64,000 nt of DNA, from the IMG/VR virus record IMGVR_UViG_3300035210_000189, positions 64,001 to 128,000 of that record; one strand, given 5' to 3'. The notes beneath the pieces are model-generated. The model was not told the DNA's origin. It ran no database searches and was given only the letters and a program-made list of their open reading frames with translations. The number at the start of each line of letters is the position of its first letter. Within the stretch, counting starts at the first letter, position 1. Below, one piece after another: positions 27,207-36,314 of this stretch. This DNA is from a virus. A program made the translations under genes and the position numbers.

Positions 27207-27473
27207 ATGATCAGTGAACGAGTTTCGGTTGATAACTATGTAGTTCGTTTCTACACCAAAGTAGAAGATGCCCGTGATGCTGCAAAATACGAACACATGC
27301 AAGTATGCCAGTATGGTCATGATAACCGTTTTGTTATCACTCCTGACAAAGATGCTGAACATCCAGAATTGATTGATACCACGGGCGTCATTTTCAGCCA
27401 GCGTTCGCAAGAAAATGATGGTCAGGTAAAGCTTTGGATGACTGAGTTTGTTGCTGAACTCACCGTTGTCTAA
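27207..27473 (+). CDS. Hypothetical protein
   Basis: Extended -10 promoter, AAGGT RBS. Confidence 0.65.
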   Translation: MISERVSVDNYVVRFYTKVEDARDAAKYEHMQVCQYGHDNRFVITPDKDAEHPELIDTTGVIFSQRSQENDGQVKLWMTEFVAELTVV

Positions 27474-27631
27474 GTAGGAACTGCTGGGGAGCAGGTAAGA
27501 CCATTAGGAGCCGTTGTAAAAACCTCGCACATGTGAATGTCCGGGGTTTTTTGTTGTCTATAAATAAGTAATGACATTTAAAAACACCTTTGGTATACTG
27601 CACCCATACTAATTAATTCGGAGTAACGACA

Positions 27632-27853
27632 ATGACCAGTAAACTTAACAAAAAAATTGATGAAGAAATGGCAACCTTTATGGCTAAGATGGAAGCTGGA
27701 TTTACACCTGACGCTGCTTTTAAAGCTGTTCTTCGACGTATCCTTAAAGAACAAGACCGCGATACTCGCCATGCGTGTGCAGAGGCTGTTATGCAGACTT
27801 ATAGCACGGGTGAAGCTCATGATGCTTGTATAAATTGCAATACGTTTGATTGA
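27632..27853 (+). CDS. Hypothetical protein (QDRDTRHACAE motif)
   Basis: GGAG RBS. Confidence 0.65.
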   Translation: MTSKLNKKIDEEMATFMAKMEAGFTPDAAFKAVLRRILKEQDRDTRHACAEAVMQTYSTGEAHDACINCNTFD

Positions 27854-27970
27854 TATAAGCACACAAGATAATGTCTATATTAAAAGAGCCGACGAAAGGC
27901 TCTTTTTTTCGTTTAGCCCTTTTATTTGTTAGTATTTGATATATAATAGTTGCAAACTAAGGAGTGTATT

Positions 27971-28654
27971 ATGTTTAAATTAATGGCGGTTCTTTTCTCG
28001 GGATTATTCCTTACTGGTTGTGCCGTTCATGACATCGGTAAAACATTGGACAGAAAGAAAGATAATTATTCCATTCTTGAAACTGTTCATGAGCCACAAA
28101 ACAATTTGAACTATGTCCGGTTTGAAAGTCGTAAAACAGATGGAGCAGACACTTACTTTACTGTTTCCAGTGGTGTTCAATGGAACGATGACTATGTGGT
28201 CGCTTTAAAAACCACTGAAAGTGAGAATGATAAGTTTGCCTGTCTTGATGCATGTGGGGTTGTCTTTATCAAGAAACATAAAACAGCACCCGTGCCTGAA
28301 TGGCGTCACCGTGTCAGTAACGAGCCTGTTATTTTGTTAGGGGCTTCTGATGAAGTTGACGAAACGTTTGTTTTTAAATCAATGGACATTGATGTTTCTG
28401 CTATCAGTGCTGACATTACACCTTATCCAGTTTATGCAGTTCCTACAACGATTGTTGAGAATAATGCAGAAGGTGGCCCTGTTTATGGGAATGACGGTAA
28501 AGTGATTGGTATCATTTCTGGCTTCGTCAACACAGTGGATGATACAGGTGAACGATTAACCTATCTGGATGGTTTTGATTCTGGTTATTTTGCTTTGTAT
28601 ATTCCATACAGTGAATTGATTAGAGCATGGGATTTAGTCAAACCTGTTAAATGA
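27971..28654 (+). CDS. Trypsin-fold lipoprotein, predicted inactive
   Basis: Lipobox LTGC; QWNDDYVV and GGPVY shared with 16037; catalytic His and Ser replaced (VALKT, NAEGGP). Confidence 0.75.
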   Translation: MFKLMAVLFSGLFLTGCAVHDIGKTLDRKKDNYSILETVHEPQNNLNYVRFESRKTDGADTYFTVSSGVQWNDDYVVALKTTESENDKFACLDACGVVFIKKHKTAPVPEWRHRVSNEPVILLGASDEVDETFVFKSMDIDVSAISADITPYPVYAVPTTIVENNAEGGPVYGNDGKVIGIISGFVNTVDDTGERLTYLDGFDSGYFALYIPYSELIRAWDLVKPVK

Positions 28655-28775
28655 TTAGTGGATATTTAGAAAAGGACTGCAGAGTCCTTTTTTATTGCTT
28701 AAATTTTGGTTTTTATTTACTTATAGCGTGCTTTATGTTATGATAAGCCATCTAAATCAATAGGTAATCGAGCAA

Positions 28776-29360
28776 ATGAACCCAATTCCATCCGATATCT
28801 ACAAATCCATGATTCTTAGCAATCCTTCCATTCATAAGTGGCGTATGGATTGTTTGTTTACTATTTTCTTTGATGCGAAATCACACTTTTCGTTTTCGAC
28901 AGATGGTCATATCGTGCCCGCTTTTGATTTAAAACCGAATCAATCAATGAACCACGATCCTAAGCCTTATGCGAAAACCTTGAAAGGATCTAAGCTTTCT
29001 AAAAAAGAGATTGCATTTCGTAAAGAATATGAACAAAAACTTTATCTTTTTATTGAAGCCAACATTGATGAGATTTCCAAATCTCCGGCTCATTTCAATG
29101 AACGTCATCGAAGCTATGATAACAACTATCCAGCAAGCGTTATTACAAAAGAATCACTGTTTTTCAATTTGCCTAAAAAGGTTGCTCCGGTTTGGATTGA
29201 AGAACTAAAATTCATTGCCCAAAATGGATCTTCGGCTTTGTGGAGAGAGTTTTGTGGTGAATATGGTTCGACTGATGATAACACGATTTGGAAAAGTCAA
29301 GAAGCTCATGAGCTGCACCGGAAAATTTGGTCAATTGTTAAACAACTTGAGAAGGCATAA
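28776..29360 (+). CDS. Hypothetical protein, family C (type 1)
   Basis: Similar to 9351. Confidence 0.7.
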   Translation: MNPIPSDIYKSMILSNPSIHKWRMDCLFTIFFDAKSHFSFSTDGHIVPAFDLKPNQSMNHDPKPYAKTLKGSKLSKKEIAFRKEYEQKLYLFIEANIDEISKSPAHFNERHRSYDNNYPASVITKESLFFNLPKKVAPVWIEELKFIAQNGSSALWREFCGEYGSTDDNTIWKSQEAHELHRKIWSIVKQLEKA

Positions 29361-29365
29361 TTAAT

Positions 29366-30004
29366 ATGACAACTGTACATGATTGTGTTAAAGATGCTAT
29401 GATTAACTATAATTCAATTTTTGCCACTCGTTGGCATGTGCTTAAGCATGTATTCTTTTGCAAGGGGACAGGCTATCAATGGTCTGGCGACAGTATTTAT
29501 TGCACAGCTCAAAGCTCTGATCGACGTTGGAAGGTAAGTCGCAAAGCACCACTTTCTGTTCGTGATTTCATGGTTTTTTTTGATGAACAAGAAAGTAAAC
29601 GGAAAAATAATACAAATTATCCATTTCAAAAAGATGATGCTGTGGTTGCTTTGAATCGTAAATTTCTGGCGTTCCATGCTAGTTTCTTGGTTGAACATAT
29701 AGATGAATTGGTTGATAGCCAGATTGCTATTACTGATGATGATTTGCCTAAAAAAATTCACATTGATGGTGGCAATAGTTTGTTTTGGCATCCACCAGAA
29801 CAAATGGCAAAAGATTGGCGAGACGCTTTGGTCGAGGTCGGTACCATTATGTTGGAACTTATCAAAAATCATTATGCTAATGGTGATGACAGTGATACGG
29901 CTATTTGGTCTTGCAACGTGACCAAGAAAACTTACTTTCAAATGAAAGAACACGTTGAGTTGGTCAAAACAAAACAATATAAAGCCAAAAAGAAAAAAGC
30001 TTAA
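29366..30004 (+). CDS. Hypothetical protein, family C (type 2)
   Basis: Similar to 9929. Confidence 0.75.
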   Translation: MTTVHDCVKDAMINYNSIFATRWHVLKHVFFCKGTGYQWSGDSIYCTAQSSDRRWKVSRKAPLSVRDFMVFFDEQESKRKNNTNYPFQKDDAVVALNRKFLAFHASFLVEHIDELVDSQIAITDDDLPKKIHIDGGNSLFWHPPEQMAKDWRDALVEVGTIMLELIKNHYANGDDSDTAIWSCNVTKKTYFQMKEHVELVKTKQYKAKKKKA

Positions 30005-30101
30005 TCATTAACTATTAAAGGACTGAATAGTCCTTTTTTGTTGCTTATCTTTTAGTTTTTTGATATAATAACGACCTCATAAACCAACATAGAGAGTAAT
30101 C

Positions 30102-30827
30102 ATGTTCAGACATATCGTTATTGCTACGATTACCAGCTTGATTGTTGGTTGTTCGTTTAATCCCTTCAATTCAGAAGCTGAACGAGCAAAACAGCCCATT
30201 GATGGACTTAAAAACTATAATGTTGTGCAAGACGCCAGTGTTAATATGGGCGGTAGAGAACTGAGCTTTATCACTTTTGAGAAAACTGTTGAAGTTGTGG
30301 TTAATCAAAATGGAAAGATGATTAAAGACTCTCAATCACAATATGCCAGTGGTGTTCAATGGAATGAAGATTATGTGGTGACGACCAAAAATGTCGATTT
30401 TGCAGACGGGTCTGTTCAGCCATGTATCAAAGATTGTGAGATTCAATTTATCAAACGAAAAGCAACCGCTCCGGTTCCTGATTGGCGTTCTCATGTTGTT
30501 AATGAGCGAATCACCTTTGTAGGGATTGAAAGTGAAGCTCGTTTTCGTGCTGAATTTGGCATGGATTTGAACGTTAAAACCTATACTGAAACCAATACCG
30601 GCACGTTGCTCAATGTAGCCGATAATCAAATTGTTAACGGCATGTCAGGTGGTCCAGCTTATGGTCTGGATGGTAAAGTCGTTGGTATTTTGACGGGTTC
30701 GACTGAAACGATAAATCTTCGTAATTCAACCAATCGTAATTTGAGTGGACGTGGTGAACACTTGTCAGTCTATCTTTCTTATGAAGATGTTCAGAAAGAA
30801 TGGGAAAAATTTCAACAATCACATTAA
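30102..30827 (+). CDS. Trypsin-fold lipoprotein, catalytic His absent
   Basis: Lipobox IVGC; VTTKN in place of VTAKH; GMSGGP retained. Confidence 0.8.
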   Translation: MFRHIVIATITSLIVGCSFNPFNSEAERAKQPIDGLKNYNVVQDASVNMGGRELSFITFEKTVEVVVNQNGKMIKDSQSQYASGVQWNEDYVVTTKNVDFADGSVQPCIKDCEIQFIKRKATAPVPDWRSHVVNERITFVGIESEARFRAEFGMDLNVKTYTETNTGTLLNVADNQIVNGMSGGPAYGLDGKVVGILTGSTETINLRNSTNRNLSGRGEHLSVYLSYEDVQKEWEKFQQSH

Positions 30828-30851
30828 TTATTTTAATATTAGGAGAATACA

Positions 30852-31061
30852 ATGGAAGCTAAACTTAAAGAATATCAAGCGATGACTGAACGTTTTCGTG
30901 TGTTGGAAACCGAAATCCTGACATCCATTCAAGCCGTGGGAAAAGCCAAAGGCTTTAATTGGTCGATTCACTCTATTTCTAATTTGTTTGTTGGTGCTGA
31001 CTACGTTTCTTTTAAAGTCAATGGTCTGCCCAAACGTCTTGAAATGCATGAGGTTGTTTAA
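30852..31061 (+). CDS. Small hypothetical protein
   Basis: AGGAG RBS. Confidence 0.65.
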   Translation: MEAKLKEYQAMTERFRVLETEILTSIQAVGKAKGFNWSIHSISNLFVGADYVSFKVNGLPKRLEMHEVV

Positions 31062-31091
31062 TATCCATCATTTTAATTAAAGGTTTTCTCC

Positions 31092-31874
31092 ATGAAAAAT
31101 ATTATCAAAAACCATTTAAAAAAATTATTTGAAGAGACTTTTAAACTTCCAGTTCATAAGATCCTTTTCTCTAAAAATAAGTATAATTCTCAAATTTTTG
31201 CCGGTAATGTTTATTATGGCGACAATAAAAAATTAAAATATAAATTTACGACAACTCCTATCAATGAAGACTCATTTACAACTAAGTTAGTTATTCCAAC
31301 TGATGATGATTTGTATCAATCTGATTATTTTTCTGGTTTGATTGAAAATCATGTCATTTATCAAAAAGTCAGAAGTTGTTATAATTTAAACCATAAGTAC
31401 AAACAGTTTCGCCTTGATGAATATGAATCTCCTATTGTCATCAAGCAGACTGTCAAAAACAACAAAGTCGAAGTTACTCATGATTTTCAATTACATATTT
31501 TCTCTGTGAATGGTTTGAATTCAAAGTCTGTTTTAGAAGGTCAGTTGGACACTAATATTTTTCTTGAATGGACAGATAATAACCTCATTAATGTTCGTGA
31601 TCCTTATTTGAAACAAAATATTCATTATCCTAACAAGCGACGTATCATTGCTTTTCAGGGGCATGGTGATCAAAATATGGAGCAAAATGAAGATACTTAC
31701 AATTTTATTTTAGATATTATCCATCAAAACTTTATTCACTTTATCGCTTATCATCAACGTGGCACTGTACCTATTGATGAAATGACAATTGAAGAAGTTT
31801 ACAAGACAAATCATACGGAATTAAATTATAGATTCATTTCTGAAAATCTTGTTCGGGATATGGTTTTGATTTAA
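31092..31874 (+). CDS. Hypothetical protein ending VRDMVLI
   Basis: Long ORF; shared C-terminal motif. Confidence 0.7.
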   Translation: MKNIIKNHLKKLFEETFKLPVHKILFSKNKYNSQIFAGNVYYGDNKKLKYKFTTTPINEDSFTTKLVIPTDDDLYQSDYFSGLIENHVIYQKVRSCYNLNHKYKQFRLDEYESPIVIKQTVKNNKVEVTHDFQLHIFSVNGLNSKSVLEGQLDTNIFLEWTDNNLINVRDPYLKQNIHYPNKRRIIAFQGHGDQNMEQNEDTYNFILDIIHQNFIHFIAYHQRGTVPIDEMTIEEVYKTNHTELNYRFISENLVRDMVLI

Positions 31875-31947
31875 TACTGTATTTCGTTGCTTAAATCCAA
31901 AAAATACGGTATAATCAGGCTATTAAATTAACTAAGGTCATCATATC

Positions 31948-32484
31948 ATGAAAACTAGTCTTCGCCTTCTTCTCTCTGTTTTGGCTATTACATCGACAAT
32001 GGCTTTTGCAGATACTCCTGTTGAAAAAGGGTTAAGCCTTGAAAAGTTTAGCTATCAGGGCATTGGTTTTAAAGACAGCAAGACTGACCTCGTTGCTAAA
32101 CGTTTTGAATGCAATGCAATGTCGTGCAAACGTAAAGAAAAAGATACCAACATTGATGTTGTGTTTACGGATGATAGAATTCAAATTATTGATGCAAGAA
32201 CTCGCTATAACAATCACATTGATTGCTCAGTTAATCAGCGTGAAATTAAAAAGTTTTTGACGGACACCTATAATTTTGAATATCTGAATCAAGACAGCAC
32301 ATTCTTGGGAATGCACATGAGCAGTAATGATGTAGGTGGTAACATCCCTACCACTAATGGATCAATTTTTGTTAACGTTTCTTGCATGAACGACCCTAAA
32401 ATCAACATGGGTTATGTGAATACTCGGTTTAATCTCAAAGACATTTCAGCTCAGAGCTTCAAGGATTCTTTCAAATATGAATAA
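31948..32484 (+). CDS. Secreted hypothetical protein
   Basis: Signal peptide ending AFA|DT. Confidence 0.7.
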   Translation: MKTSLRLLLSVLAITSTMAFADTPVEKGLSLEKFSYQGIGFKDSKTDLVAKRFECNAMSCKRKEKDTNIDVVFTDDRIQIIDARTRYNNHIDCSVNQREIKKFLTDTYNFEYLNQDSTFLGMHMSSNDVGGNIPTTNGSIFVNVSCMNDPKINMGYVNTRFNLKDISAQSFKDSFKYE

Positions 32485-33016
32485 AATAAGCAGCAATGGT
32501 TCTGTGCATCATCTTATTGATTTGAAATCAAGGGAGGCTATGCACCTTTATTACGGTTTAAAGAACAGGTTTGAATATACTGTTGAGAACCGTGAAGAAG
32601 TCGTCAAAACCATTGCTGATGACATTCGTGATTTTGTATTGCAATATGATTTTGTGGTATACCCAGAAAGCAGTGCTTCGTTTATCAGTGATGTGTTGAG
32701 TCAGATTGATATTTCAACGTATCAAGTGGTGAAAAACTCTATTGAGAACGTCAGAGTGTTTTCAAACACACTTAACCTGCAGAAGAAAGAACGCGAAAGC
32801 CATGAAGAACGATTTGCCTTGATGGGGCCAAAGTTCAAAATCAACCAGATGAAGTCAACTCAACGTGTTAAATATGAAGAGGTTATTTTTGACAAGCTTG
32901 ACTTACCAGAAGGTCGAGGGCTTATTGTAGATGATAGCCACTTCTCAGGCACTACATACCGAGCGTTGGTAACTGTGACTGGCATTGAAGATTTCTTGGC
33001 AATCTTTTCAAAGTGA
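32477..33016 (+). CDS. Phosphoribosyltransferase-like protein
   Basis: LIVDDSHFSGTT resembles the PRPP-binding loop; VYPESS. Confidence 0.65.
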   Translation: MNKISSNGSVHHLIDLKSREAMHLYYGLKNRFEYTVENREEVVKTIADDIRDFVLQYDFVVYPESSASFISDVLSQIDISTYQVVKNSIENVRVFSNTLNLQKKERESHEERFALMGPKFKINQMKSTQRVKYEEVIFDKLDLPEGRGLIVDDSHFSGTTYRALVTVTGIEDFLAIFSK

Positions 33017-33035
33017 CGACAAAACAAAAAGGAGC

Positions 33036-33914
33036 CTAAGCTCCTTTTATTATTTGATGACGACACAATTGTTTCGAAATTGAATCATAATTCATAACCA
33101 TTATTCCAATCACCAACATTGGAACACATAATAGTTGACCTGTTGTTAACCAACCAAAAGCAATATAGCCTAGATTGGCATCGGGTTCTCTAACAAATTC
33201 GACTGAAAATCTGAATATCGCATACATGATCATGAACAATCCACAAATAGATCCTTTTGTTCTTTCTTTCATCGAATACGCTTTCAATATGAAAAATAAA
33301 ACAACACCTTCTAATATGGCTTCATAAATTTGTGATGGATGTCTTGGTAATGATCCTGCATTTTGAAATACTATTCCAAATGGCCCATCTGTTACCTTCC
33401 CCCATAGTTCTCCATTGATAAAGTTGCCTAATCGACCTTCTGCTAAACCTATGGGAGCTGTTAATGCTATAATGTCCATACATTTCAAAAACTGTATTTT
33501 ATATTTTCTAGCATAGATCCAGACGCCAATGACTAATCCTATTAATCCACCATGAAAAGAGACGCCTCCTTTCCATAAGGCAATAATGTCGATAGGATGA
33601 CTGAAATAATGTTCCAGTGGATAGCCTTGGTATATGATGAGATACAAAAGCCTTGCACCAATGATCATACCAAATACGGCATATAGAATAAGCATGTAAG
33701 CATCGTCTTCTTTTAATTTATTGTCTATTTTTGATATATCTTTGACCATTTTTATTCTAGCAATCACGATGGTTGTTAGGAACAAAAGCCCATACCACTT
33801 GATACTAACGATTTTAAGATCAATAGCCACTGGATTAATTGGATAGTTTTTTATAATCAATGTTAAAAATATTCCGAATAGAAATAATATTGCTATATTT
33901 GTTTTTGTTATCAT
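33036..33914 (-). CDS. lgt: Prolipoprotein diacylglyceryl transferase
   Basis: WYGL, GARL.Y, GGVSFHGG, GRLGNFINGELWG, HPSQIYE, FRF.VEF.REPD. Confidence 0.95.
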   Translation of the reverse strand: MITKTNIAILFLFGIFLTLIIKNYPINPVAIDLKIVSIKWYGLLFLTTIVIARIKMVKDISKIDNKLKEDDAYMLILYAVFGMIIGARLLYLIIYQGYPLEHYFSHPIDIIALWKGGVSFHGGLIGLVIGVWIYARKYKIQFLKCMDIIALTAPIGLAEGRLGNFINGELWGKVTDGPFGIVFQNAGSLPRHPSQIYEAILEGVVLFFILKAYSMKERTKGSICGLFMIMYAIFRFSVEFVREPDANLGYIAFGWLTTGQLLCVPMLVIGIMVMNYDSISKQLCRHQIIKGA

Positions 33915-34078
33915 TAAAGAATCCTTTTAAGGCTTATAGATTAACATCTTCTAGAACAATATCAAATTAAACAATATTGACATTAACAAAACAATAAACA
34001 TTTTACTAGATAACCTCTATTTGACAGCATTTTTAAGTGGTGGTAGCATGATATTAATATAACATTAGAAGTATAACT

Positions 34079-34672
34079 ATGAACAAGTTATTATGTATAC
34101 CAGCTTTGATTGTTTTAATGACAGCGGCACCTGTAAACGCAGATTACAGAATGGTGGTTGGTTTAGAGCAAAACTCTGGTGGTGGACTGGCTAATGATTC
34201 TATTGTGTTCAAAACAGCTTCTACACCACCTGTTGAAGCACCAACAGATGATTATTCTATCTTTGGCATTTATGAGTCAGTTGCAAGAGCGATTGTTAAC
34301 AATAAAAATCCTGTCACAGTAATGACATATGAAAATGTCAAAGATGTCTTTACTGCTGGGTATAACCTCAATGAATATAAACGTCTTCAAGATTTTGGAT
34401 ATGGATACGGCCTTATGGGGGCTTATGCTTTCAATACTGACCTTAGTTTGAGCAATCTGATTAATTTACATGAGGAAGGTTATAATTTGATTAGATTAGG
34501 TGAAGCAGCTTATTATATTCAAAATGTGTATGACATGCCTTTTAAACAAGGACTTACTAAAATTATAACTTCTTATAAGGCAAGTTGTTGGAATACATTA
34601 GATGAAGCATTTACACAAATGGATATTTCTGCGTGGGATAATTATGCAGCTCAGCGAAATTGTTTAAAATAA
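34079..34672 (+). CDS. Secreted protein, 'ADY' family (2/3)
   Basis: Signal ending VNA|DYR; SIVF followed by a Pro-rich linker. Confidence 0.7.
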   Translation: MNKLLCIPALIVLMTAAPVNADYRMVVGLEQNSGGGLANDSIVFKTASTPPVEAPTDDYSIFGIYESVARAIVNNKNPVTVMTYENVKDVFTAGYNLNEYKRLQDFGYGYGLMGAYAFNTDLSLSNLINLHEEGYNLIRLGEAAYYIQNVYDMPFKQGLTKIITSYKASCWNTLDEAFTQMDISAWDNYAAQRNCLK

Positions 34673-34738
34673 TTTGAAACCATTCGTACTTTTGTGATAT
34701 AATAAGGCCACACATAAAGGACAAAGAGGATAAATATC

Positions 34739-34885
34739 ATGTTGAAATGTCTGTTTGGTTTGAACTGTAACTTTGTTTATTTTAAAGATACCATTGTAGG
34801 TGGTGGTCTTGATGGAAGTGTTGTCATGTCAGTTTATAAATGCACAGTGTGTAATCGTGAGAAGAACCAAGAATATTCTCGTTAA
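34739..34885 (+). CDS. Small Cys-rich protein, 48 aa (not in ORF track)
   Basis: GAGG RBS; MLKCLFGLNC...YKCTVC. Confidence 0.55.
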   Translation: MLKCLFGLNCNFVYFKDTIVGGGLDGSVVMSVYKCTVCNREKNQEYSR

Positions 34886-34924
34886 CATTAAAAAAGGTAG
34901 CCTAGGCTACCTTCTTTGTTTGAC

Positions 34925-35227
34925 TTATTCTTTCTTCAAGTCTTCGACATTATCTCTGAGATATGTCTCTTTTCTGCTGGCTTTTAATTCATCCCATTTT
35001 TTATTCTGGTCTGCATTTAACACGCCTTGTATGTCTTTGTCTTCTGCGAGACGATGTTTTTCATGTATGTCTCTAAGCTGAGTTTTTTGACTTTCTGTCA
35101 ATTTTAAATCTTGATAATACTTACCAAAGAATCCTTCAAACCAGTTGTCACTTGTGCTTGGCCCAGCGAAAGCGACTGATGATGTAAGTAGTGCTGCTCC
35201 CATAATAGCGATGAGTGATTTATTCAT
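34925..35227 (-). CDS. Spy/CpxP-like (LTXXQ) periplasmic protein
   Basis: Signal peptide; LKLTESQK and VLNADQ LTxxQ-type motifs; GGAGG RBS. Confidence 0.65.
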   Translation of the reverse strand: MNKSLIAIMGAALLTSSVAFAGPSTSDNWFEGFFGKYYQDLKLTESQKTQLRDIHEKHRLAEDKDIQGVLNADQNKKWDELKASRKETYLRDNVEDLKKE

Positions 35228-35396
35228 AAACGTCCTCCTAATTATTGGTCTTACTAATATTAGCATAGAAAAAACAAAAGTCAATAGCAATCATTCGCAT
35301 TTATGTTGCTCTATTTCCTATGTTAGAGGCAAAAACATTGAACTTTTCCTTATTTTTTGGTATAATACAAACACTCAACAAATTGGAGATAATACT

Positions 35397-35720
35397 ATGG
35401 TCAGCTTCTTGAAATACGCCTTCACCATCAAACCTGAATTCGTTTCCGAACTGACCGATTCATTTAAAGAATTTGACTGGCTACAAGAATTTATTTCGGT
35501 AGAACCTTGTGGTAAAGTCACTCTTTTTGATATTCAAGATGGTCAAACTGAAGATGCGATTACTCAGGTGATGGGTTCGTTGTCGCCAGAAGGTGTTGCC
35601 AGCATCCATTGTGACATCATTGCATGTGAAATGAATGAAGTGGTTCGTTGCCGTGTTAAAGATGGTCAAGTTGTGAAACAGTATGCTTGCGATTTCGTTT
35701 GGAGTGCAACGCCAGCTTAA
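35397..35720 (+). CDS. Hypothetical protein
   Basis: Promoter and GGAG RBS. Confidence 0.7.
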   Translation: MVSFLKYAFTIKPEFVSELTDSFKEFDWLQEFISVEPCGKVTLFDIQDGQTEDAITQVMGSLSPEGVASIHCDIIACEMNEVVRCRVKDGQVVKQYACDFVWSATPA

Positions 35721-35781
35721 TCAATGTAATTATTGAAGACAAAAAGAAACCGCCATGAGGCGGTTTTTCTTTTCGTATCTC

Positions 35782-36314
35782 TTAAACTCCATGTTCCATG
35801 AAGTAATCAATCAATTGTTTAGCTGAAGTTATACTCGCTTCATCATATGAGTACACATTTTCGTATTCATACATCATCACTGAATATGTATCATCTTCGT
35901 TTCTTAGGATAAACCCGTCACGATATTCTATGCTGCCATTGGGTTCTAAGATTTCTTCTTCTTCGTTATTGAATTCTGCAGTAGACTGAGTTTCTTTGTG
36001 GGTAATTACTCTCTTTTTTTTCGTAAAGATGGTTTTAACACCTTCAATCTCAATGATAAATTCAGGTTCCATTAAACTTTTGTAAGCCTGTGCATAATCA
36101 GGATGATTTCTATACGGTTCATTGTTTGTCTCAATGTAATCAAAGGCTTCTTTCCGACTGGAAAACTCATCAGATATATAGGTCATTCTATCTGTGACAC
36201 CTTCAACAATTGTTCCGTAAAAAATTACGGTGTATGTTCCTTCGGCTTCTTCTACCGTTAAGTCATTAAACATGCCAGCTTTGATCGCTTTAATTAAATT
36301 TTTCAAATTATCAG
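35782..36314 (-). pseudogene. 3' part of the gene interrupted by the tnpB element
   Basis: Joins in frame with 37532-37625 if the element is removed. Confidence 0.7.
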
